Assembly: GCA_964627915.1 (NCBI GenBank)
Contig: CAZVKY010000008.1
Coordinates: 7,678-31,677, forward strand
DNA: 24,000 nt
Reading direction: 5' to 3'
From: an uncultured Thermoplasmatales archaeon
Lineage (GTDB): Archaea; Thermoplasmatota; E2; DHVEG-1
Below are positions 8,933 to 14,661 of the stretch, in pieces (positions within the stretch are counted from its first letter, which is position 1; each line of letters opens with the position of its first letter). Both the position numbers and the translations under genes were made by a program. The notes under the pieces were generated by a model that was not told the origin of the DNA, did no database searches, and saw only the letters and a program-made list of their open reading frames with translations.

Positions 8933-9289
8933 ATGATAAAAAAATGTCCAAAATGCAAAAAAAAAGCCGTCAAACTCTATATTAACAAAACAGTTGATAA
9001 AAAGAGAAAATGGATTCCCATTGCCTGGTTTTGTACCTCCTGTGGATATATCTATCAAGTAGTATCAGATACACTCATCTATGAGCTAGGGGAGCTAATA
9101 AAGGATGATAGAAACGTTCAGTACTGTCCTAAATGTGGTATGAAACTTGTTCGATCGTATCGTCATAAAAATCCAAAACAAGGAAAACAACAGTGGATTG
9201 CCAAAGGATGGTATTGTTCACGTTGTAAATATTGTTGGATAAAAACTGACACCGTGAAATCAAAAAAATTGCAGGGTTCTTTTTCCTAA
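8933..9289 (+). CDS. Basic 118-aa protein made of two tandem CPxC...CxxC zinc-ribbon repeats
   Basis: Repeat 1 is CPKC-x25-CTSC (aa 5-39). Repeat 2 is CPKC-x26-CSRC (aa 65-100). They share a W-I-x3-W-[FY]-C core and are K/R-rich. The gene lies 50 nt downstream of the kinase on the same strand. Confidence 0.65.
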   Translation: MIKKCPKCKKKAVKLYINKTVDKKRKWIPIAWFCTSCGYIYQVVSDTLIYELGELIKDDRNVQYCPKCGMKLVRSYRHKNPKQGKQQWIAKGWYCSRCKYCWIKTDTVKSKKLQGSFS

Positions 9290-9294
9290 ACCAT

Positions 9295-9314
9295 TAAATA
9301 GATGTATCTATTTA
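9295..9314. repeat. Perfect 9-bp inverted repeat TAAATAGAT-GT-ATCTATTTA between the zinc-ribbon gene and rpl41e
   Basis: Read directly: 9295-9303 is the exact reverse complement of 9306-9314. Function (operator or hairpin) is unknown. Confidence 0.6.
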
Positions 9315-9343
9315 GGGCATCGCATTACAGAGGAAAACCAACT

Positions 9344-9442
9344 ATGAAACGGAGTTCACGAGTTTGGAAAAAGAAAGGAAAAATGCGTTGGAAATGGCGT
9401 AAGAAACGAATGAAACGGGAAAAAAAGAGTCGCCGCAAGTAA
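9344..9442 (+). CDS. rpl41e: Ribosomal protein eL41 (L41e), 32 aa, absent from the ORF track
   Basis: Translation is MKRSSRVWKKKGKMRWKWRKKRMKREKKSRRK. The KRSSRxWKKKGxMRWKWxKKR pattern matches archaeal L41e as I remember it (for example the Methanocaldococcus protein). A GAGGA SD-like element sits 10 nt upstream. Confidence 0.85.
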   Translation: MKRSSRVWKKKGKMRWKWRKKRMKREKKSRRK

Positions 9443-9453
9443 TCTTCATATGC

Positions 9454-9595
9454 GGGAGCATGGTGTAACACGGCATCATTGTGGGCTCCAGTTATGGTAT
9501 GATTACAAATGGGTCATCTGAACTTATGATGATTAACTGGAGCGATGACCTGAAGAAGAGACCCGCTGATCTGGGTTCAAATCCCAGTGCTCCCA
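9454..9595 (+). tRNA. tRNA-Trp (anticodon CCA) with a 69-nt intron (9492-9560) at the canonical 37/38 position
   Basis: Acceptor GGGAGCA (9454-9460) pairs with TGCTCCC (9588-9594), and the discriminator is A9595. U8, A14, G18G19 and A21 are present. The D stem is GUGU/UCAU with one U-U mismatch. Anticodon stem GTGGG (9481-9485) pairs with CCCGC (9562-9566). The loop is C-U-CCA-G with CCA at 9488-9490. The variable loop is 4 nt. The T arm is CTGGG-TTCAAAT-CCCAG (9571-9587). No CCA is encoded. Mature length is 73 nt. Confidence 0.9.
9499..9548 (+). ncRNA. Intron-encoded box C/D guide RNA inside pre-tRNA-Trp
   Basis: Box C is AUGAUUA (9499-9505), followed by a 12-nt guide (9506-9517) and box D' CUGA (9518-9521). 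A 4-nt linker leads to box C' AUGAUGA (9526-9532), a 12-nt guide (9533-9544) and box D AUGA (9545-9548). A canonical CUGA also lies at 9550-9553. The 50-nt layout with two 12-nt spacers is the standard archaeal sRNA geometry. Guide complementarities are given in the findings. Confidence 0.75.
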
Positions 9596-9633
9596 TTGTT
9601 CCTATCAAAAAAAATAAAAAGGTGAAATAAGAA

Positions 9634-9843
9634 ATGATAAAGCTAAATATAGAAAACATGAATCTATTTACCATCCTTTCAGCCCTTCTTTTTATTGCCG
9701 GTATTGGGTTTTATATTTATTGGGGAATTCGTTTTGGAGTATGGGCTGATATTGGTATCTATTCAGTGACCATCGTTTTTGTATTAGGCGGATTGCTTGG
9801 AATCATCCTAAGCCTGTATGAAAAAGCTAATGATAACATATAA
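9634..9843 (+). CDS. Small 69-aa membrane protein with two predicted TM helices
   Basis: An AGGTGA SD sits about 9 nt upstream of the ATG. Hydrophobic stretches are LFTILSALLFIAGIGFYIYWGI and IYSVTIVFVLGGLLGIILSL. No family recognised. Confidence 0.55.
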   Translation: MIKLNIENMNLFTILSALLFIAGIGFYIYWGIRFGVWADIGIYSVTIVFVLGGLLGIILSLYEKANDNI

Positions 9844-11283
9844 TCAATCCATGTTCCAGGTGAGAATTGGATTTCGAGTAGCACCAACTTCATCTACGCG
9901 ATGAACCGCAGTATGATGAGGGGCTGATTTAATGATCTCAGGGTCCTCATCTGCAATTTTTTTCAAAGCAGAGATATAATCATCTAACTCTTTTTTTGAT
10001 TCTGTCTCTGTTGGTTCTATCATCAATGCTTCTTTTACGATAAGTGGAAAATAAATAGTTGGTGGATGAACACCATAATCCATTAATCGCTTTGCTATAT
10101 CTAAAGCTTTTATCCCTTTCTCTTTGTGAAGGGTTTCACAGCTAAGGACAAATTCATGTTTTCGCAAGGAGGCATATGGAAGATCATACTGGCTATCAGA
10201 ACAAATTTTTTCTTTCATATAATTTGCATTGAGCACAGCGATATCTGATGCTTTTTTCAATCCATCGCTACCCATGAGAAGCATGTAAATATATGCTTTT
10301 ATGAGAACTGAGATATTACCATAGAAAGAACGGATCTTTCCAATGGATTGAGAATGATCAACGCTAAAGCAATACCGGTTTTGTTTTTTTATAATCCTTG
10401 GGAGCGGGAGAAATGGCTCTAATGATGTAGTGACCCCTACGGGACCACTTCCTGGACCACCGCCGCCATGTGGTGTAGAAAATGTTTTATGTAAATTAAG
10501 ATGAACAATATCAAAACCCATATCACCAGGTCGAACATGACCCATGTTTGCATTCATATTCGCTCCATCATAATAGAGTAAACCACCTGCTTCATGTACT
10601 TTTTTAGCAATGGTGAGTATTTCAGATTCAAAGATGCCAAGAGTGTTTGGATTGGTTACCATAAAACAAGCGGTTTTTTCGGATAAAACTGTGTCTAAAG
10701 CATTAAAATCTACCGTTCCTTGTTCATTGGATGGTATTTCTACAAGATCATATCCAGCGGTTTTCACACTTGCTGGATTAGTCCCATGTGATGTATCAGG
10801 GAGGATAACCTCTATGCGTTTTGTATCATTTCGTGATTCATGATATGCTTTTGTTAAAAGCATTCCTAAAAATTCTCCATGGGCTCCTGCCGAGGGTTGT
10901 AAACTGAACGCTTGCATTCCAGTGAGTTCACAGAGCATATTTTGTAATTCATAAAGAATCTGCAGTGTTCCCTGAACAGTGGATTCATCTTGATAGGGAT
11001 GAAGGCAGGAAAATGCATCCCATGAAGCGATATCCTCTGTTATCTTTGGGTTGTATTTCATGGTGCAGGATCCCAATGGGTAAATCCCGGTATCGACACA
11101 ATAGTTCATATGAGCGAGACGATGAAAATGCCTTACGATCTGTGTTTCATCAAGATTTGGGATACTTACTGATGTTGTTTTTTGTAATGATGATGGTATT
11201 TTCTGAAAAGAAGTTGGTTTTTTATGTTTGATTCCTTCAAGATCACATAAGAGTGGTTCATCATATGAAGCAGCTTTAAACAT
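9844..11283 (-). CDS. gcvPB: Glycine dehydrogenase (decarboxylating) subunit 2, glycine-cleavage P-protein C-terminal subunit
   Basis: It has the PLP-lysine region HLNLHKTFSTPHGGGGPGSGPVG and typical GcvPB sequence throughout. I set the start at ATG 11283 (MFKAASYDEPLL...), which overlaps the gcvPA stop by 8 nt. The 23 upstream track codons lie inside gcvPA. Confidence 0.9.
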   Translation of the reverse strand: MFKAASYDEPLLCDLEGIKHKKPTSFQKIPSSLQKTTSVSIPNLDETQIVRHFHRLAHMNYCVDTGIYPLGSCTMKYNPKITEDIASWDAFSCLHPYQDESTVQGTLQILYELQNMLCELTGMQAFSLQPSAGAHGEFLGMLLTKAYHESRNDTKRIEVILPDTSHGTNPASVKTAGYDLVEIPSNEQGTVDFNALDTVLSEKTACFMVTNPNTLGIFESEILTIAKKVHEAGGLLYYDGANMNANMGHVRPGDMGFDIVHLNLHKTFSTPHGGGGPGSGPVGVTTSLEPFLPLPRIIKKQNRYCFSVDHSQSIGKIRSFYGNISVLIKAYIYMLLMGSDGLKKASDIAVLNANYMKEKICSDSQYDLPYASLRKHEFVLSCETLHKEKGIKALDIAKRLMDYGVHPPTIYFPLIVKEALMIEPTETESKKELDDYISALKKIADEDPEIIKSAPHHTAVHRVDEVGATRNPILTWNMD

Positions 11284-12628
11284 GAGAAACCTCCTTAATG
11301 GTATCAGCAAGAAGCATAATATCCTCTTTTGAATGGGTTTCAGCAACACCAAACAGCATCGTATGCTTCATATCAGAATATTTATTATCAAGAATGAGTC
11401 CGCCATGTATTCCTTTTTTTAGTAAATAAGAATTTATTTTGCTGGGTTGAACAGGTGTGTGTATGACACATTCATTGAAGGAAACCCCGGTGAATTCGGT
11501 TTCAAATCCATCGATTGAAGTGATGGTTTGAATGAAATGTTGACAGTTTTCAAAATTAGTGTTACTTAATTCTTGTAATCCATTGCCACCAAGCCATGAA
11601 AGATACACTGCTGCTGCGAGTGCACATAATCCTTCGTTGGTGCAAATGTTACTGGTTGCTCTTCCTCGGCGGATATGTTGTTCTCTGGTTTGCATGGTCA
11701 TGCAAAATGCTTTGTTGCCCTTGCTATCTTTTGTTTTTCCAATGAGTCGCCCTGGTATTTGTCGTAAGAATGGTTTTTTACAAGCGAATAAACCAAGACC
11801 AGATCCTCCGTAATCCATTGCATTTCCTAATGCTCTTCCTTCACCTATCACAATATCAGCATCATATGATCCTGGTTTTTTGATTAATCCTAATGAAAGT
11901 GGATCAACACCAACTACAAACAATGATTGGGCATTATGAACTGTTTGCTCAATAGTTGAAACATTTTCCTCCAGGATTCCAAAGAAATTTGGGTTTTCAA
12001 TATATACTCCACAGACAGTTTCATCTGTTTCTTTTTGTAATTGGTCAATGTCCAGACAGCCAGTTTTTGGGTGATACGGAATTTCTTTGATGGTGATGTT
12101 GGTTCCTTTTGCATAATTGTGAAGCACTGATTTTTTTTCCCAGGAGATATTTGATGGAATGATGAAGGTATTTTTTTTTCTTTTTATTCGAGAACACATC
12201 AGCATTGCTTCAGCTAGTGCAGTTGATCCATCATAAAGAGAGCAATTAGCGATATCCATTCCAGTTATTTCCGCGATCATGCTTTGAAATTCGAACATGG
12301 CTTGAAGAAATCCTTGACTAGCTTCTGATTGATAAGGGGTATACGCGGTGTAAAATTCAGGTCGATGGGTGATTGCTTTGACGACTGCGGGAACATAATG
12401 GGGTTTGATTCCTCCGCCTATGAAGGAGAGATGTTGTTTGCATGATTTATTGTTGTCTGCTATTTTCTGCAGTTTTTTTTCTATTTCCATTTGAGAGATT
12501 CCATCAGGTAGAGATAATTTTTTCAGTCTCATTGTTGATGGAATGTCTGAAAAAAGATCCTCTATTTTGTCAGTATTTATGGTTTTAAGCATCTGTTTTT
12601 CCAGTGAGGTATTTGGGATAAATTGCAT
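11276..12628 (-). CDS. gcvPA: Glycine dehydrogenase (decarboxylating) subunit 1, glycine-cleavage P-protein N-terminal subunit
   Basis: YTPYQSEASQGFLQAMFEFQSMIAEITGMD is the characteristic GcvPA motif. I set the start at ATG 12628 (MQFIPNTS...), preceded by GGGGAG. The track start at 12643 is a GTG five codons upstream. Confidence 0.9.
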   Translation of the reverse strand: MQFIPNTSLEKQMLKTINTDKIEDLFSDIPSTMRLKKLSLPDGISQMEIEKKLQKIADNNKSCKQHLSFIGGGIKPHYVPAVVKAITHRPEFYTAYTPYQSEASQGFLQAMFEFQSMIAEITGMDIANCSLYDGSTALAEAMLMCSRIKRKKNTFIIPSNISWEKKSVLHNYAKGTNITIKEIPYHPKTGCLDIDQLQKETDETVCGVYIENPNFFGILEENVSTIEQTVHNAQSLFVVGVDPLSLGLIKKPGSYDADIVIGEGRALGNAMDYGGSGLGLFACKKPFLRQIPGRLIGKTKDSKGNKAFCMTMQTREQHIRRGRATSNICTNEGLCALAAAVYLSWLGGNGLQELSNTNFENCQHFIQTITSIDGFETEFTGVSFNECVIHTPVQPSKINSYLLKKGIHGGLILDNKYSDMKHTMLFGVAETHSKEDIMLLADTIKEVSHV

Positions 12629-12730
12629 ATGCTCCCCATCCACGGTATCAACAAATGATTAAAGAACATTGTTATGTGTTTTTGTTGAAACTGAAACCTT
12701 TAAATGACGAGAATAATATGGTGAAGATGG

Positions 12731-13402
12731 ATGAGATATTTTCAGTTTCAAGAACCGGTAAAAGAAAAGATTGGTATCGGGAAAATCATCTGTTTAGCTA
12801 AAACCTATAAAAAACATGCTGATGAAATGAAGTCTTCTTTACCAAAATCTCCATTGTTGTTTTTAAAACCAGCAAGTGCCATTATTTTTTCAGGTGAAGC
12901 AATAAGGATACCGGATCAATCAACTTGTTTACATCATGAGGTAGAACTTGGGATAGTAATAGGAAGGAAGAGTAAAAATATAACGGTTGATTCTGCTTTG
13001 GACATTGTTCTTGGCTATGCGGTGGGATTGGATATTACTGCTAGAGACATTCAGGCAGAAGCAAAAAGGAGAGGATGGCCGTGGGGTATTGCAAAGGGAT
13101 TTGATACCTTTGCTCCCTTGAGTGAGGTTGTGTTAAAGGAGAGGATAAGGAATGCAAATAAGGTGATGATTTCTTTGACGGTTAATGATGAACTTCGGCA
13201 AAGGGAAAATACTAAGAATCTTCATTGGTCAGTGGAAAAGATTATTTCATTTGTTTCATCGATTATGACATTGGAAAAGGGTGATGTGATCTTAACTGGA
13301 ACCCCTGAGGGAGTGAATAGTATTCAGCCAGGTGATCGGTTAAGAGCAGTTTTGTCAGAGGGAAAGAAGCTATGCTCTATTGCGGTATCCGTTGAAAAAT
13401 AA
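12731..13402 (+). CDS. Fumarylacetoacetate hydrolase (FAH) family protein, 2-keto-4-pentenoate hydratase / oxaloacetate decarboxylase-like
   Basis: 223 aa. Typical short FAH-domain motifs are present: LHHEVELGIVIGR, GLDITARD, AKGFDTF and GDVILTGTPEGV. A GGTGA SD lies 9 nt upstream. Confidence 0.85.
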   Translation: MRYFQFQEPVKEKIGIGKIICLAKTYKKHADEMKSSLPKSPLLFLKPASAIIFSGEAIRIPDQSTCLHHEVELGIVIGRKSKNITVDSALDIVLGYAVGLDITARDIQAEAKRRGWPWGIAKGFDTFAPLSEVVLKERIRNANKVMISLTVNDELRQRENTKNLHWSVEKIISFVSSIMTLEKGDVILTGTPEGVNSIQPGDRLRAVLSEGKKLCSIAVSVEK

Positions 13403-13497
13403 TTTGTATCAAGGGCTGATTTCATTGAATTTAAATGGAAAATCTATATGATACTAATCGTTAAAAGCATGTTATAAGCTCATTTTGAACAACACAG

Positions 13498-13600
13498 GTA
13501 ATTTGAGGGAGGGAAGAAAGGGAAACAGTTATTTCAGAACCAGAAAAAAAGTATTCTGTTTCCCCTTCGAATCTATGCTGCAGGGAATATCTCAAATTAC
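13498..13600. other. 103-nt imperfect palindrome able to form an extended hairpin (candidate structured RNA or repeat element)
   Basis: Outer 10-bp stem: GTAATTTGAG (13498-13507) with CTCAAATTAC (13591-13600). Middle 4-bp stem: GAAG (13513-13516) with CTTC (13565-13568). Inner 9-bp stem: GGGAAACAG (13520-13528) with CTGTTTCCC (13556-13564). The apical loop is 27 nt and A-rich. All pairings were read directly. Strand and function are unknown. Confidence 0.4.
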
Positions 13601-13634
13601 ATATTTAAATGTTATCTACATCATAGTTTATAAA

Positions 13635-13667
13635 AGGTAAATATTAGGTAAATTTAGGCTAAAAATT
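13635..13667. repeat. Three tandem degenerate AGGTAAAT-type units directly after a TTTATAAAA TATA-like box
   Basis: The units are AGGTAAATATT (13635-13645), AGGTAAATTT (13646-13655) and AGGCTAAAAATT (13656-13667). TTTATAAAA lies at 13627-13635. Confidence 0.4.
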
Positions 13668-13817
13668 ATTTTAATGTTTAGGGGGCTTAAATACGATGAT
13701 CAGTGTAAAAAGAGATTTCATGAGAAGGCAGTCATCTATGGAAATCATGTTATTATAGCATTCCAAGAAATGCTTTTAAAGATAAAATATATCTACCTAA
13801 ATTGGTGGGTATAGATC

Positions 13818-14012
13818 ATGAACAAACCAGAAAAGATTATTGTTGTCGGGTTGATAATCGGGTTGATGTTTTTTAGTGGTTTTCAACTGTTTAACTTTCT
13901 AAAAATTACACCGATTGGAACGCCGTTTAATGATTTTTTTTCTGTTGTTGGTCTTATTCTTTTTTTCATCAGTGGATTCTTTTATATTTCCCTTGAAACA
14001 TTAAAGAATTAA
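13818..14012 (+). CDS. Small 64-aa membrane protein with two predicted TM helices
   Basis: Hydrophobic stretches are IIVVGLIIGLMFFSGFQLFNFL and FFSVVGLILFFISGFFYISL. A partial SD (GGTGGG) is upstream, and an A/T-rich TATA-like stretch lies about 30 nt upstream. Confidence 0.5.
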   Translation: MNKPEKIIVVGLIIGLMFFSGFQLFNFLKITPIGTPFNDFFSVVGLILFFISGFFYISLETLKN

Positions 14013-14038
14013 AAAAAGATAAAAGAGGAAGAACCTCC

Positions 14039-14203
14039 TTAAATTTCGTCATTTTTTATTTTTTCCTTCAGAATATCAAACTGTTGTCTGGTTAATGTAC
14101 AGACATTTTGTTTTTCACCAATGGTAACAGTATCTCCGAGAACATCAACAGTTGGACATTTTGGAGGAACACATGTATCATCCGTACATAATACGATTCT
14201 CAT
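14039..14203 (-). CDS. Small 54-aa cysteine-containing protein (MRIVLCTDDTCVPPKCPTVDVLGDTVTIGEKQNVCTLTRQQFDILKEKIKNDEI)
   Basis: I trimmed the 103-aa track ORF to the ATG at 14203, which has a GGAGA SD 8 nt upstream. The upstream 49 codons are A/T-rich low-complexity. The pattern C-P-x-V-x-V...V-x-I-G...L-T-x3-F-x2-L-x2-K-I-K-x2-E resembles DUF397-type small proteins. That resemblance is weak and from memory only. Confidence 0.5.
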   Translation of the reverse strand: MRIVLCTDDTCVPPKCPTVDVLGDTVTIGEKQNVCTLTRQQFDILKEKIKNDEI

Positions 14204-14506
14204 GATATTGTCTCCATATCTAATTAACAATTGATAATATATAATTGTAAGTTTTAAATAATTTTTGGTATAAACTATCATCTTGCACAAATCATTAAAT
14301 TTACTTTTTTCCAATGAAAAAAGAAGAAAGAAGTGATTTGAATAGCTCACATCATCAATTAAAAAATATGTCCATTAAATGGATCTAAAAATGTTTATTA
14401 ACAGCATACGGGCAAATAAAAAAGGGTAAAGATATATTAAAAAAGGATTTTTTGAAAATATTTAAATACTCTTTCATAATATTTTTTAGTTGAGGAGAGA
14501 ATAGTT

Positions 14507-14602
14507 ATGGGAAGAAAAACATCTTTTTCTTATGAAAAAGACGAATGTCGATTTAGTGAGGAATTTGTTTCATCTCTTGCTAAAATCATTTTTGAAAAAT
14601 AA
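14507..14602 (+). CDS. Candidate 31-aa micro-protein (MGRKTSFSYEKDECRFSEEFVSSLAKIIFEK), not in the ORF track
   Basis: A GAGGAG SD (14492-14497) lies 9 nt upstream of ATG 14507. The frame stays open to TAA at 14600-14602. Confidence 0.35.
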   Translation: MGRKTSFSYEKDECRFSEEFVSSLAKIIFEK

Positions 14603-14661
14603 GAGGACATCATTCATTGAATAAAACAGGTAATGAGTAAAAAAAGAAGTGAGGTGAAGAT

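Noticed and set aside
9492-9674. Minus-strand 60-aa ORF
   Set aside because: It runs antisense through the tRNA-Trp intron, 3' exon and the start of the 69-aa membrane gene, and is explained by those features.
10610-12114. ORFs 10610-10843(+), 10965-11231(+), 11559-11813(+), 11914-12114(-) and the extensions 11284-11352 and 12629-12643
   Set aside because: Shadows within gcvPA/gcvPB. The gcvPB extension lies inside gcvPA coding sequence. The gcvPA extension relies on a GTG five codons upstream of an SD-preceded ATG.
13507-13585. G-quadruplex from GGG tracts at 13507, 13511, 13520 and 13583
   Set aside because: The fourth tract is 60 nt away. Three tracts alone cannot form an intramolecular G4, and two of them (13511-13513 partly, 13520-13522) are already used in the hairpin helices.
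13498-13601. Box H/ACA guide RNA interpretation of the long hairpin (lower stem followed by ACA at 13599-13601)
   Set aside because: The would-be pseudouridylation pocket is very asymmetric: 5 nt on the 5' side and 22 nt on the 3' side. This puts the upper stem about 30 nt from ACA instead of about 14-15 nt. No clear K-turn or K-loop GA pairs are seen in the apical region.
14204-14350. N-terminal 49 codons of the 103-aa track ORF 14039-14350
   Set aside because: A/T-rich low-complexity translation (YTKNYLKLTIIYYQLLIRY). An internal ATG at 14203 has a proper GGAGA SD and starts the Cys-rich domain.
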